64,000 bases of DNA from Vermamoeba vermiformis (GCA_045837725.1 JBEWZL010000202.1:124001-188000), one strand, 5' to 3'. Shown: positions 1 to 13,600, numbered from the stretch's first letter. Made by a program: numbers and translations. Notes: generated from the sequence alone by a model not told the origin.

Positions 1-1607
1 CGTAGCAGTTAAAATCATTAAGAAAGTTCCAGGCAAAGATCTGTCCTTGTTACATAGAGAAATCCATATCATGCGCCAATTGGTGCATCCGGCGATAGTC
101 TCGTTGATAGACGTATTCGAAGACGAGGAACATATATATATGGTCATAGAACTGGTCACTGGTGGCATGTTGTTCGATCATATCGTTGCGAAAGGATCTT
201 ACAGCGAACAAGATGCGGCCAACATTGTGCGACAGATAGTCTTAGCAGTTAATTATATGCACGACAATGGTATTGCTCATAGAGACTTGAAGCCCGAGAA
301 CTTATTGTGCTCCGGAGACAACCCGAATATCATCAAAGTAACAGATTTCGGATTAGCGAAAAATTTTGGCGAAGCGACGATGGTGACTAAATGCGGCACT
401 CCAGATTATGTTTGTAAGTAATATAGCAATAGCATATGATAGAAAACCGCCTATTAAGTATCAAATATTTGAATTTAAAGAATCATCTGGATGACGGTCC
501 CATATTATAATTTATTTGTGGATAATAATCGCTTAAAAATTAATTTTTTATCATAATATAGCACCGGAAGTCCTTACCGGCACAAAAAGTGCCTATAGCC
601 CTGCAGTGGATGTTTGGAGCATTGGTGTAGTAACCTACATTTTGTAAGTCATAATCTCAATTCAAAATCAATTATAATATGATATATATCGTGCTATACA
701 TTAGATTAATCGATGCCGATAATAACAACAACCACCGACAATATAAAACCGAATTGTTTTTAATTTTTCCTTTTTTGGAAATCTCGTTACACATTGTCGG
801 AGCCCACGCGACCAAGATACTAACGTCTATTTGTTATATTAGGTTGTGCGGTAGTCCTCCTTTCTTCGCGCCTAACCGACCTCAGTTGTTTGAGCGGATC
901 AGAAGCATTGATTATTGTTTCCATTCACCTGGTAAGTCGTCGACCCTGGAGCTGTTACATCCATCCACAACAGCATCGCATTCTTTAAATCTCGTTTTAT
1001 TAAGCACGATAAGAATTGATCGCTTGTTGTGGTGGCAAGGTTATAAACTTCGTGTACAAATTTTTTTTAATCAGATCTAGCTTTTTATAGAGGAATTTAA
1101 TACTAATATTGTCGTTTTTATTATAGAGTGGGATATTATTTCCGTAGATGGTAAGTCTTGTTTGATAATAGGCGAACCAAGCTCGCATCTGGTTAGCCGA
1201 TCTAGATCCAGCTTAGTTCGTTAAAAATTGCTAGATTTTTAAGCTATTTTCGTTATTACGGCTCATTCATTATAAATTATGATAATAATATCGCTAAAGA
1301 ACGCTAGGTAGTCTCATGTACCGGCCAACGAATTGCTTCTTAAAATCCAATTAGATTTTATAAAATAGTTATTTTAATTAGTGTTAGATGGTATATATGC
1401 CTATACCTACTAATTATATTCTTATTAATAGCTAAGGACTTCATTCGCCGAATTTTGGTAGCAGATCCAACTCTGCGGCTGACGACGAAGCAGTGCTTAG
1501 AGCATCCTTGGCTGACGAACAATAACAACGCAGAGCGCACCATCCCACGCATCGATTCGGGCAAGATGAAGATGTACTTGGAAGACAGACGCGGCAACAC
1601 AGTGTAA
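1..1607 (+). CDS. CAMK-group Ser/Thr kinase (CaMKI / Dictyostelium MLCK-A-like), 5' truncated by window
   Basis: VAVKII, HRDLKPEN, DFG, CGTPDYVSPE and DVWSIG motifs. Exons approx 1-413, 562-643, 843-931, 1127-1149 and 1432-1607 are joined by GT-AG introns. Ends ...EHPWL...RGNTV* (TAA 1605-1607). Confidence 0.9.
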
Positions 1608-1891
1608 TATATAACCTCAATTATATCGAAGCAACTGAAGGGTTGTTTTTGTGCAGTGTTAATTCTTATTTAAATAATCTATTATTACCCTCATAATTTC
1701 ATATTTTGAGTATTTGTCTTTTCCAAATTCCTTTACTTGATCCGAAACCTTTTAATTTTAATAGCAATATCGTTTAAATTGCGATAATTAATTTATGTCT
1801 ATTATGGCGAGTCTATTAGGAGTAACGGCGTTTTTATCAAAGCTAATGTACAAAAGATTTGTAACGGGGTAACCTCGATCCCGTAATCTGC

Positions 1892-2782
1892 TCAATTATG
1901 TCGATCTTGTCGCCTTGATTTGCTCCAGTCTTTCTCGTTTTGTTTTCTCAGTCGCTTTTTCTCCTTGTTAAGCTCTACTTCTCGTTCTTTTTCTTCAGCG
2001 AACTTGGCCTTTATGATCGGCTCTTGTTGTTCTTTAGCCTCTTGTTCTAAACATTATAATCGCATAAGTATGAATTTAATATATATTATATTATGTTATA
2101 AGCATTTTATTACCTCTATTAGCTTTTGTAATGAAGTGGTTGCGAGCTGCTTCCGGATCGTCGTTGGCAAGCTGAGGCGAAATTTCAAGCTCGTCATTAC
2201 CGCTCAAATTAATCTTCGATTGATGGTAGGTGCGATTGTAGAACATCCAACCATTGCGATAGGGGAACTCTTTTTGGTATGTAAACATGCTTTGGAAGGT
2301 TGACGGCAATGTCTTGAGCCTATTGCATGATGCATCGCATGACTCTAAATGTTGCAGTTCTCCTATAGCTGCAGGCAGTGTTTCTAAGTGGTTGTGGCTC
2401 ACGTCGATTTCTTTCAAATCTGGATTGTCTAAAAGCAAGAAAAAAATTAGATAAATTCGCGTTGAGTTGTATTTTCATATGTAACCTCAAAATTAATAAT
2501 ACCGAACATAAGAAATTTATTAAGATAAAGACCTTAACGATAAAAAAATAACGGCAATTTCCATTTCAATAAATTTGAATCAATTTAATTTGCAATGAGC
2601 TACTTACTCGTAATTAACTTATTAGGGATTTCTTTGATTTGATTATTGCTCAAAATTAATTTTTCTAAGTGATGCACGTTGACGACTTCTTCAGGCACTT
2701 CATCCAAATTTTGGTGGCTGAGATCGAGTCGCTTTGTCCTCTTGCTATCTTTAATAAGCAATTTTAGCGCGTCTGAATTCAT
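1892..2782 (-). CDS. Small LRR protein with charged coiled-coil C-terminus
   Basis: LxxLxLxxN repeats (RLDLSHQNL, LEKLILSNNQI, LKEIDVSHNHL) over 3 exons. The E/K/R-rich last exon ends ...RRQDRHN*. Confidence 0.8.
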
Positions 2783-2964
2783 GGTCTGTGTGTTGTTCTC
2801 GTAGGTTTGGTTGAAAAATGAATTTTTGCTTGCAAGTTATTTTTAAGCATCCAACTCGCGAATAACACAAGAATTCCAGTTTATTCTTGTTTATTTCTAA
2901 TATATGTAAATTCGTAGAATTATGAAGCAGATGATAAGTGACAGCTAGCAGCTCGAGACGGAGA

Positions 2965-3614
2965 ATGGAAAATTCTGAAAAACCTGCAGAAAAGAAGTTT
3001 GAATGCTTTCATGCAGATTGCAAAAAAAGGTAAAATTATATTAATATCATATCCGTATAGTAATGGCAGTATCAAATACTTCCACGCACTCCTAGCGTAA
3101 AACAATTTTCTGATCAATAATTATTCTAGTTTTCCGACCTACATGCAGCTAGTAACGCATTTAAGCCGTCATCGAGGTTCTAAATTATTTAAATGCGATA
3201 TTTGCAACAAAAAATTCTCCTCTCAGAGGAATCTGCAATTGCACGAGCTCGATCACACCGGTACGCCGTCAAGAATTAACCTTTATCTATAATACTTAAC
3301 TCTTACTTATTCGCTTATTAGGTGAACCACTTCCTTATAAGTGTTTCGTTCCAAGTTGCGGCAGATCTTTTAAAACAGTCGAGACATTTCAGTACCACAC
3401 CAGATCTGCGCACACAAGTAAGACTCTTACTAAGCCAGCCCCTAAACGACATTAATATTAATTATTTTTAACAGAAGTGTCTCCATTTGTGTGCTCGCAA
3501 TGTGGAAGATCCTTGAGTACCAAACAAAAGCTGCAGAAACACGTCGGCGGTACTTCGTGCGTCAAGAATAAGAGTGTGAATGAATTCCACAAAGCCATCT
3601 CAGAATTAAATTAG
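2965..3614 (+). CDS. C2H2 zinc-finger protein (4 fingers; absent from ORF track because of introns)
   Basis: Spliced translation MENSEKPAEKKFECFHADCKKSFPTYMQLVTHLSRH..FKCDICNKKFSSQRNLQLHELDHTGEPLPYKCFVPSCGRSF..YHTRSAH..FVCSQCGRSL..QKH. 4 exons with GT-AG sites. Confidence 0.85.
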
Positions 3615-3770
3615 CTATTCTCATGGTATGGTTCATTCATCTATTCTCTAGAATACCCGATTATCAATTCTGAAAGAATTAACCAGGTTTTTCCGCTTGA
3701 CACCTATTTAAGCGAGTCGTCGTGACTTTTTGCCTTCAATTTCTTGAAACGACGAGACAACAACAACACA

Positions 3771-4955
3771 ATGGCCGCCCATGCTACTATACGCTACCTT
3801 GATCGCGAGCTTCAGGTCGATCCGGGCGTAGCGATAGAAGAGAAAAGTTTGCGCGAATATTTCGGCCTGGATGCGGTCAATGAAAAGAACGAGTTCAAGT
3901 ATCCTATTTGGCTATATGACAACGGCGTATTAGTGCCTAACTGGAAAGTTAATGGAGTGCCCGCAGCACCACGATTTGGTGGCACCAATTTTTATCAATT
4001 AATTGCCCGAGTCCCGACAGCTGTCAATGTCAGTCACACATTCACCGGCACCAACAACAACAATATTATTCTTCATAATAATAACAACGCAAATGACGAC
4101 GATAACGATTATCGCGATGATGCTGATGGAGCAGTGGTCGAGAATGAGGCCGATGATGGAGGAGATGTTGAGAATGCAGCAGCTGTGAATAATAACAACC
4201 CAAAGCACCTCCTTCAAGCTGCCAAGCTCAAGCTGTCTGTGAGCACATTAGGCGCAGACACGCAGTTGGTCGTCGAAGCAAACTGCACTTCGTCAGTGCT
4301 CAACAAGAGACTTTTTCAGAAGTCCGTCACGTTCGGGATGGAACTCAATTCCCGCCCACGCGACAGAGTTCAAGGCGTTGCTAAGTGGAGCCCGCAACCC
4401 GAAGCGAAGACAATTACAGCTAGAAATGAGCAAGGTTGGAAGGTTGGTCTATCCGCAACTGGCGGTGCAACACCAACTGGTGGAATTACAGCGGAATATT
4501 CAAACACCAATCAACTCGATGACAGTCAGAGGAACTATTGGTCCACGCTAGTCTTGCTCCCTTCAGATGATAGAGACGCGAAAATTCGATGGACAATGTT
4601 GCACGATCACCACCTCTTTAACAAAGACTTCAAAGCTCTGAAGAACCCTGTCGTCGATCACTTTGATGATTTGTCGGTGTCCAGTATCACCAAAGATTTC
4701 AGCGCACAGTTCTCATTCAGGCCCGAGAACGAGGGTCGAGCCGCGGACTTTGTTCTGGTTATGGAGCACTCTGCTCAGTTAGCAAAGAAGGCAAAGAAAG
4801 GGTCGCTACACCACACGGAGCTACCTCCGGCCACTCATATTTGGAAAGTTCGCTTGAGAATTACGAAGCGACCACTGGGAGAATGGACGATCGAAGTGCG
4901 CCCCGCTCGAGTGCAACAACAGCGTTTCATGTATGCCCAAAATCGATTACAATAA
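3771..4955 (+). CDS. Intronless hypothetical protein; C-terminal domain with a beta-pore-forming-toxin-like hairpin
   Basis: 394-aa ORF from ATG 3771: an ~85-aa N-terminal domain, an N/D-rich linker, then a beta-rich domain containing WSPQPEAKTITARNEQGWKVGLSATGGATPTGGITAEYSNTN. The function is inferred. Confidence 0.75.
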   Translation: MAAHATIRYLDRELQVDPGVAIEEKSLREYFGLDAVNEKNEFKYPIWLYDNGVLVPNWKVNGVPAAPRFGGTNFYQLIARVPTAVNVSHTFTGTNNNNIILHNNNNANDDDNDYRDDADGAVVENEADDGGDVENAAAVNNNNPKHLLQAAKLKLSVSTLGADTQLVVEANCTSSVLNKRLFQKSVTFGMELNSRPRDRVQGVAKWSPQPEAKTITARNEQGWKVGLSATGGATPTGGITAEYSNTNQLDDSQRNYWSTLVLLPSDDRDAKIRWTMLHDHHLFNKDFKALKNPVVDHFDDLSVSSITKDFSAQFSFRPENEGRAADFVLVMEHSAQLAKKAKKGSLHHTELPPATHIWKVRLRITKRPLGEWTIEVRPARVQQQRFMYAQNRLQ

Positions 4956-5126
4956 ACGTTAGAAGACTACTACTGTTGGACTATACTTATAAATGAATCC
5001 TATGGTACTCTTAACGAACAATCAATGTTCTTTATCTTTCCCTTTGACACGTGTCAACACGAAATGTCAATGTTGATCCAACCTGGTTTTTATCCCCGTG
5101 ATCCGATTGCGCACCACAGTCCAAGC

Positions 5127-6789
5127 ATGTTTAAATTATTGCTAACGTTCGTGCTTGTTGTTTTGGCAATTAGCAATGTCTCTGCTGCCGAGATCAGATT
5201 CAACGAAGCTTTATTAAATCAAACTGATTGCAGCTTAAATACTTGCTCATTCGAATGGAACGATAAAAAGTCGTGGATTGGCGGTATTGTGCCAGGTAAA
5301 TGAATATAACGATAATAGAAAATTATGAGGAATATTTTTAATTTTTATTGCAAAAACGCTAAAAATATCTAGGCATTATTTAACCTTTAGTTTATAAATA
5401 GGACGTAAAGACGACGTGTATATTAGCGATTCTCCTTATCAAATTGAAATTCACTGCCCTTATTTCTGCGAGGCTAGATCGATCTCGGGAAACAACCTCT
5501 TGATCAACATGACTAAGATGAGTGCCCTCGTTAATGTTACTACTATCAATGTCAATACTCTTTCATTGGCCAATGGTGTTTTGCATTCGTCAAGTACGTC
5601 TAGATCCTTCGATCAGATCTTTTTGACTTACAATTTCGTACTTATTAACCCTTTGTATATAATAGGCATTATCAGTAATGGTACTGTCGAGTTAGACGGA
5701 GTTGTTACTGTCGGCGAATCAGCACTGTCAGTCACTGCAGACGAGTTCAGATTGACCGATTCTGACGTGGATCTCGTTGCTTTGAATGCCAACACTATAT
5801 ACGCCTATTCATCACGTATTACAATCGATCAGAACCTCGTTGTGGCCTCCCAATGGACTGTAGAAAACAGCACCATGATGATTTATGGCACGTGTCAATG
5901 CCCTACCAACGACGCTGGAGTCGACGAAAACTTGATTCGATTCTCGGAAATTCACATTAGAACGTCGTGCAGCTTCTGTTTGAACGATGACATTGTGATC
6001 AAGGACTCTTTTTGGTTGATTGAAAGTACCTCTGCTGCCAACGAGACCTACGAGCTGACACGCACCGAGTACGAGTTCCAACAGTCCACCGTTGCAGTGC
6101 CCACCAACGTCAAGCTCATTGTCAACGAGACAGTCACTTTGCACGCGTCATTGACCTCTACTCACGTGATTCACATCGCTGACTTTGGTACTCTTCAAGG
6201 CAGCGGCACCATCCACGCAAGCGTGACCGCCGAGAAGTCCTCGTTCCTTGCCACTAGCCACGGAGACCTCCATATTGAAGGCTTAGTCACGTTGAACGAA
6301 GGCAGTACTTTGCAGATTGAGAACGGTACTTTCTACGTCACGACACTTCAAATTTTTAACAACACAAAGTTGTCCATTGAAGAGGGCTCAACGAGCACTG
6401 AATTGGTCGTTGCGACTGATCTTATTGCTGGCAGCTTCAGTGAGCTTGATTTCTATGACCCGTCCATTCAGCTCGTGTACAACTACACGCACATTTACAT
6501 CGAACAACTCGGTGAAAACTCGCCTCAAACCTCTGCGGAACCAAGTGCCGATGCTCCTCAAGCGCAAGGGCCCCACGTACAACAACAAAGTCCCGTGTCA
6601 AGTGTCAATGCGCCGAGTGGCACTGAAGAGAGCACTGACGGCAAGCTCGTTGCGATTGTAATTTTGAGCATTTTGTTGGGCATGATGACTATTGCTGTAG
6701 CCGTGCTCGTGTTCAAGATGAGACAGATGCAAGCTGGTTACTTGCCTCTGAGCTCCAAGATCTTGCCTTTCAGCGATGACGACATGTAA
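5127..6789 (+). CDS. Type I membrane / cell-surface protein, probable beta-helix ectodomain
   Basis: Signal peptide MFKLLLTFVLVVLAISNVSA, a W-x5-W-x-GG-x-VP..D-V-x-I motif, a beta-strand-rich body, an S/P/Q stalk, TM LVAIVILSILLGMMTIAVAVLVF and a short tail with YLPL. Introns approx 5297-5401 and 5593-5665. Confidence 0.8.
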
Positions 6790-7060
6790 TAAAATAACTG
6801 CTTTTACTTTCAGTACCGATAGACTCCTATCCTATAGATCTTGAACAGAAATTATTGTTAAAACATTTTAAGGAACCAAAACGGAAAATACCTACAAATA
6901 GGAAAAAAACAATTCTTGAGAACTTTCGCAAATTCATACGGGCACATGTGAGTCCAAAAAAATATCACAAGTATCATATTAAAAATAAAAAAATCACGTT
7001 GAGTTTAGTGCTACAACACAAAAGCCGATCTTGTAGCATTTTTCATTGTAGCTCTTCGCA

Positions 7061-8057
7061 ATGAACCACAAATACTTGTTTTGCCTCGTAGTGCTTTCGC
7101 TGGCATTTTGCGCGGAGCTCAGAAAAGGTAAAATAAATCAATATAAACAGCGAAAGGCGTACGTTTTTTTTTTTATCTTTAATGCCAATTTTATTCCTAT
7201 TACTCTTTAAAATACAACGTTAATTTCTTCTTCTGTTTGTACAGAGTGTCGTCAGAAATTTTAAAATAGCTATATCGCCTATTTCTTTTCCACGACTCTG
7301 CAGCGTACGTTGTTTCGACTTTGTCAATTAATTAATTCCAAAGCGATCTGGTTGCTAATCTTCATATTAATTAATTAGGAAGCCTCCCTGACGGCTACTA
7401 TGACATTGAATTTCTTGGTCATTCGGATTGTGCCACTGAGCCTTCAAAATTCAGATACAAACCTTTGGATGTGTGCATGCTCGATGTGAACGAGCCTGAA
7501 TATTACCAAAGCACTACATGCACCAACGCAGGTTACAAGACTCAAACTTATTGCCTGAAAGATTGCACTCAATGCAGCGACACTGAATCTGGTCCGATCG
7601 GCTGCATTGCCGGTGGAAGTCCAGCAATCTACTCTATTCTTCGCACTTGCGGTCCTGCTCCCGATGTGTTATACGGACGAACTTGGTTGCTCGAGTACAA
7701 GTCAGCGGAGGGCAATTGCTCCTCTTCAGTGCTCAAATCTGGCACGATCGCCAGTACTTGCTACCCGTCAAAATTTAACGAGGCAGTTAAAGTCGAATGC
7801 ACTGCGTAAGTATCTCACGTAAGTACCTAATTAAGCATTCTAACTGTATTTCTCATTGTTTAGCACCACCCGAACTGAGATCACATACACGAACTGCGAT
7901 CTGTTCACTTGTGACAATTGCTCCGGCAAATCTCAAACCACTCATAAAGACGTCGGCGTGTGTCGTGATTCTAAGGTAAAGAAGCAACTTAAATATTAAC
8001 GACCGGCATCGCTAATCCTTGTTTTCTATTTAGACCTTTGAATGCGTTACTATTTGA
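7061..8057 (+). CDS. Secreted cysteine-rich protein
   Basis: Signal peptide MNHKYLFCLVVLSLAFCA. 4 exons with multiple C-x2-C motifs, ending TFECVTI*. Confidence 0.75.
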
Positions 8058-8127
8058 GCTCCTGTTCCGCTGCCTGGTAGATTAGATAACGTTTTAATAC
8101 TAAATAAATAAGCCCGCCACCAAAATA

Positions 8128-8287
8128 TTAAAGGCGCATAATCTGTGAGCTTTTAAAATTCAATATTTATAAAATAAAATGTTAAAGGCGCATAATCTGT
8201 GAGCTTTTAAAATTCAATATTTATAAAATATTAAAGGCGCATAATCTGTGAGCTTTTAAAATTCAATATTTAAAAAATAAAATGTTA
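8128..8287. repeat. Tandem repeat, 3 copies of an ~49-54 bp unit
   Basis: ttaaaggcgcataatctgtgagcttttaaaattcaatattta starts at 8128, 8182 and 8231, between two convergent genes. Confidence 0.95.
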
Positions 8288-8301
8288 CAACTGGCGCCTC
8301 G

Positions 8302-9655
8302 TTAAAAGAAGGTCATAGGAAATCCAAAGAACCCTCCTCCTTCACCGTCTGAATCCTCATCGCTGTTGTGCGAAGGAGGCTCAGTGCAGTTACTATTCGC
8401 GTCATCGTTGTCAACTTCGTCCTCGGCATCTGACACCTCGTCTTGGTTCATTTTCATCTTCTTATCACGAAAGGCCATTCGCAAGACCCAATCGCAAAAC
8501 TCTGATTCGCCGTGCGTGTCACATCCAGCAGCAGATCCGATAACTTTGAGCATTTTCAAAGAGCTGATTTTTCCTACCGTTCCAAATAAGGCATCTTCGT
8601 AATTTTTCAAGCAAATGGCTGATGGAATTGTTCGGTCAAATTTTCTTTTGCGGTCGTTGTGACTTTTGTCGAACAATTTCGTGCCCGTGCGCCTCAACTC
8701 CAGCTGCGGTTTGCCGAGCATGACAGGCGTTCTGACGGCTCCGTAAAGTGACACAAAGTACTCTATGAACGACATGCGGGGTCTGCAATGATAGTCGTAT
8801 TTGAATTGGACTGAGGAGCCGTTGCCTATGGGTGAATACAAGCGCATTTCTGTCGCAACTGTACGCGGATCGTCTTCGTCCTCCCAGTTCACATAATCAT
8901 TAATAACGTAAAGCCCGAATTACGATTAATAGATGCCTTTGGTATATTTATGTGAGCTATACTAACCATTTTCAAGGGTGTTCAGTAGAGTCTCCAAGTT
9001 GTCGAGGTGCTTGATCCCTTTAACGACTTTACGGAGATCTGCTCGAGATTGCTTACGAACCTTAGCAGAGCAATCAGTGCAATCCTCGTCATCGTCATCG
9101 CTGTCAGCTTCGGCCTTGGTCGCTGTAATCAAAAGATCAGATCAAGAATTCTCGGAAAAAAAGGGCGCGTACTTGATTTTACATCCAAAGCTATTCTTTC
9201 GTTGTAATAAGCCTCCCATTGAGTTTCTGATATCAGTGTCGTACGGGGCGAGCAAATTCCATTTTTTAATGCATTTCTGAGCCCAAACGCCCGTTGGCTG
9301 TTCGTCGCTCATCTTGGCAAGTCGAGCCTTTTTTGCTTCTGGAGAAATATAAAGATGAAATCGTAGTTAAAATAATTATTTTAGAATTAATTACCTCTTT
9401 CTTCTTCAGCAGAAGCTCTTTTTCTCTTTTTAGGAGGGATGGGTCTTCAGGATTCAGGTCGTGTTGCATTAGACGAGTCAATAATTGCATCTTATTACCG
9501 CCGCATAAAAGGCCACGTTGCTTGCAAAGCTCTTTTAATTCGTTGACATTCAGCTCGTTGATCTTCATCGTCGATCGCTGCTCTTTATCGTTGAACTTGT
9601 CGAGTACTTCTTGGCGGATAATTTTCTGCTTTGGTTTAGGCTTATAATTATTCAT
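8302..9655 (-). CDS. SAP-domain protein with acidic C-terminus
   Basis: LNVNELKELCKQRGLLCGGNKMQLLTRL is a typical SAP motif. Introns approx 9341-9393 and 8905-8966. Confidence 0.75.
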
Positions 9656-9950
9656 CGCAAATTGCTAAAAGAACTCATTAGCAAGGTCGATCGAGATTCA
9701 ATTTCGCAAATCCGCCTTACAAGCAAAGCCATGGTAGGAAAACTGCCAGCGAACATTTTTCAAATAATACAAAGAGTTGTTGTAACGATTTGAGATTTGC
9801 AAGTTAAAAAACTAAGGCCAAAAAGTTCTGGGAAAGAATAAAGTCACGTGCTCGATATCATGCATACTTTTCATAAATTGTCGGTATTTATTTACAAGGC
9901 GAATTTATATAGATACAAAATGTCGAGAAACTCAACAACGCAGATCAGGT

Positions 9951-12900
9951 TTACTCTTTGAAGTTCAGTTTCTTCGGTCCATTCGCATTACCAAATACTT
10001 TGTGCTCTCCTGATGTACTTCGTAAACCGAACTGACCGGCTTTCAAATTATTAATAACATCGTCGAGAGCTCCCTTAGACTTCAGTCTGCCGATCGACGT
10101 CGATGGAGATCCGGATACGCTATTCGTCAAGGACGGTGTAGTCACTGATGTTCCAGTCGATGCCCTCTTAGACTATAAATAAACATTAACTATTTAGTCC
10201 ATGTACTTAAGATAAATAACGAACCTTCAACTGTTCTCGCTCCATCTCTCGTTGACGTGCCATCTCTTCTTTCAAGGCCAACTGACGGTTTCGTATAATA
10301 TCCTGTTGCGCTTTCTATAATAATAATACATTAGATCGTCGGTCTAACAGTAGGTAATATCAAAAGGACTTACTTCGAAGCTAGCAACAAAAGTTGCAAT
10401 GTTGCCAAAGAAGGTCTCGGCATCAGTCGCAGGAGGCTCGCCGTAGAACTTTAAGCACTCTTTGAAGTTGTTGTCAATTTCCGTAGAAGACTTCTCCAAG
10501 TCCTGAATGATCTTGCCGATCTTGTTGACAAATCCTTCCAGCGCTCCTTTGAACTTGATGTCGGCATCCGGTGCTTTCAACTCACGATCAAGTTGCTCAT
10601 AGCCTGTTTTCAGCTCCGTAATGCGACCAGCCGTTTCCTTAAGGTTAACTATACACGCATTAGATATCATTATTATACTAGCGATAATAATATCGTACCT
10701 CGAGCGGCATTCTGGACGCTCTTCAAGTCTTCGACAAATGACAGCAACGATTTGTCTCGCTTTTCAATGAATTCAGCGAGGTAGTGCATCAAAGTATCTC
10801 GACCGTTTTGAGACTTGACTTCACCCAACTTCGGCAAGGATCCCAAGCGGAAGCCGTAGGCGCCTCCTCGATTTGTTCCTCCGTTGAGGTAGTTACCGAT
10901 GGCTAGAATGTATTCCAACACCTTCAAAAACTTGTCGTTGCCCTTGAGGCACTTGAGAGCTGTCTTCAGGATCGTGGTCTCTTCAATCAGCGACTGCGAT
11001 TTTTCTTCAAAATTTGATTTGTAGACCAGCGCATTGATTCGCTGGACTAACTTCGGGACTTCCATGATCTAATAATAGACGATTAATATGAATCATTTTG
11101 ACTGGTAGAACTACATACTTGTAAGTAATATTGCTCCGCATTGCCTAGCTCGGACTTGTTTCCGTAGTCTTGCAATAACTTGACTTCTTCCGCGTTCGGT
11201 ACGAAGTCTTTCATTGCCTTCAGTCTGTCGGCGGTCAAAACAGACTCGTCTAGTGATAATACGGCCAATTTGATCTCCACAGGCGACATCTTTGTGCCCT
11301 TGAGCATAATTTCTGCAAAGTATCGTTAATACCGACTCAGACAATTTTTAATAATGAAATTCGTACCGATATTGTTGACTTTGCGAGGATCCAAAATATG
11401 AACAACTTGAGGCTTCTTTGGCGCAGCAGCGCTACCAGCAGGGGTCCCTGAATCCCCGGAAGCACCGTCGGCTTTCGGTGGAGGACCAGCGGCTGCAAAT
11501 AAATCTTCTAATTCTTTGACATCGAGTTTAATCTTTTCGTCCGTTAGTTTCTCCCTATTGACATATGCCATCGTTAGTTAAATTTCTGGAAACATGATTC
11601 TCGCACGTACCACACGGTGTCCGTAATTTTACTATCGGCAATTTGAGTCCAAACAAATCCTCGCATTTTCTTGCCGGGTTGTATTTTCTTCTTAGGTGGC
11701 AGTCTGTTAGCAGCTGGTGCGCCAGGTGGAGGTGGCGGGCCCGGTGGGCCGCCGCCAGGAGGAGGTGGGGGTGGGGGTGGTCCTCCTGCACCTCCTGGTG
11801 GTGGAGGCGGTGGCGGTGGTCCACCATCATCAGTCGCACCGCCTGGAGGTGGAGGCGGAGGTGGTGGTCCCGAGGAATCACCGCCAGGAGGAGGTGGTGG
11901 TGGTGGAGGTCCCGAGGCATTGCCTGCGTCTGTGTTTGTTGCTACTTCACTTGAAGTGCTTTCTGTGGCGGAACCTAAACAGGTCAATTACTCACAATCA
12001 CGAGGCAAAGCATATCCCAATAAACGTACTTGCGTTTGAAGCCAACGATTCGATGCCAACTGCTTTAGATGGTCCTAATAGAGGTTAATCGCTCGCTCAA
12101 TACTACACTGTGATTATGGTACTGACCTGCTTTCATCGCTTTGTCTAACTCAATCTTCAATCGATCGTTCTCAAATGTCAGCTCTTTGACTTTCTGCTCG
12201 AGCGCGTCAATTCGCTTCAGATACTCCTTGTCACTAGTGCCAACTGTTAGACGAGCCGTGTGCGCGTGTAGTTCAATAACTTACTTGCTCTCCTTGGGCC
12301 TGTACAACTCCATGCCATCGGCGTCACCTTGCAGTGACTCATCGAAGACTAGCACTTGGGTGAGTAGTGTATCGTTTTTGGTCTGTTTGACGAACTAAAA
12401 CGAAAGAGTTAGTTTCAAGAACGGAAGGAAAGTCGGTTTGGTATTACCTTCATGACATCCGCCAAGCCATGCCTCATAAATTCAGCTCGTAATTTACATC
12501 GAGAACTTGAGTCCTCAGCACCTCGTAGTAAGGAATTGATAAAAGTCAAAGCACCGATCTATACAAAGGTCAGAAAAGCTGTCGTTAGATCCACTATTAG
12601 AACGTACCTTCAGATCTTCGTCTTTTGTTCGCATAAAATTTACAATGGTTGCGAATCTATTGTTGCCTCGAATATCATCTACAATTCTAGTTTGGGCGCT
12701 TCGTGACACTACGCAAACTGCGGCTAATACCATCAACACGCTTGATTGCGAGACCATGTTAATGTAGTCCATGCTCAGTAGTAGCAGATTCATGGAATCA
12801 TCTATTTCTAAAATACGCGAAAATCCTTCTTTCTGTACGAGCGTGTTAGTATCAATAAATTTGGAATTGTACCAGAATGTAAAGCCACCAGAAGAACACT

Positions 12901-13600
12901 TACGAAGTTCATGAGGGCCTTTACAGCACGACAGCACTCGGCGATCATATCATCTTCTTCCAAAGCGTTTGTTCTAGATCTATTTTAAAATTAGCACAAG
13001 TTGTCGGCAATTACAAAAATATAAATTATTGGCTAAAATTTCCTTAAAGTATTTTTTGAACGGGCCATGATCGCACAAAATCTTCCGTACGCGCAAATTC
13101 TTTGAAATGGTACTTACTTTGGAGATTTGGTTCGCTGAGCCGCAGAACGGAACATTTCGAATAAATAAATATGACCTTTCTTGCTAAGAAAATTTCTGAC
13201 CCATCCCACTGGTTGTGAATTTAATAAAGTCCTAATCCTAATCATCTCCTTTAAATTGACTTTTCCTTTCGATAATTTTTTAACGATCTCGGCTACTTCT
13301 GAATCTCCTTCTTTTTCCCTCGATTGACAAACTAATAGCCATTTTTGATCCAATGGCAGTGCTGCTAATCTCTCTGCTGATAGGCCTAACTCAGACTAAT
13401 AAAATATAAATTTCAGATTTCGGTCGATCGGAGAAGAAAATTTGAATTCCAGCACTTACAGCAAGAGACTCCATTTCTGATTCTACCACAGATGCCGCCG
13501 GCATAGGTGGCATATTCATAAGGGACACAGGAGTGTCCGACTTGCTCCGTTTCTTTCTGTCGGAGTCTTTGATCCCGGTTGATAACCTCTTTTTCATCAT
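9951..13600 (-). CDS. Diaphanous-related formin (GBD/FH3-FH1-FH2-DAD)
   Basis: GBD (QKWLLVCQ, PVGWVRNF), poly-proline FH1 at about 11700-11910, FH2 GNYLNGGTNRGGAYGFRL and DAD GALDDVINNLKAG. Confidence 0.93.

Noticed and set aside
8055-8057. TGA as selenocysteine or readthrough in the Cys-rich protein
   Set aside because: No SECIS was recognised and the downstream codons are not Cys-rich or family-like.
8128-8287. CRISPR-like array
   Set aside because: The units are directly tandem with no unique spacers, there are no cas genes, and the context is eukaryotic.
11643-12088. Gly-rich and Trp/Arg-rich plus-strand ORFs
   Set aside because: Antisense shadows of the formin poly-proline FH1 region.
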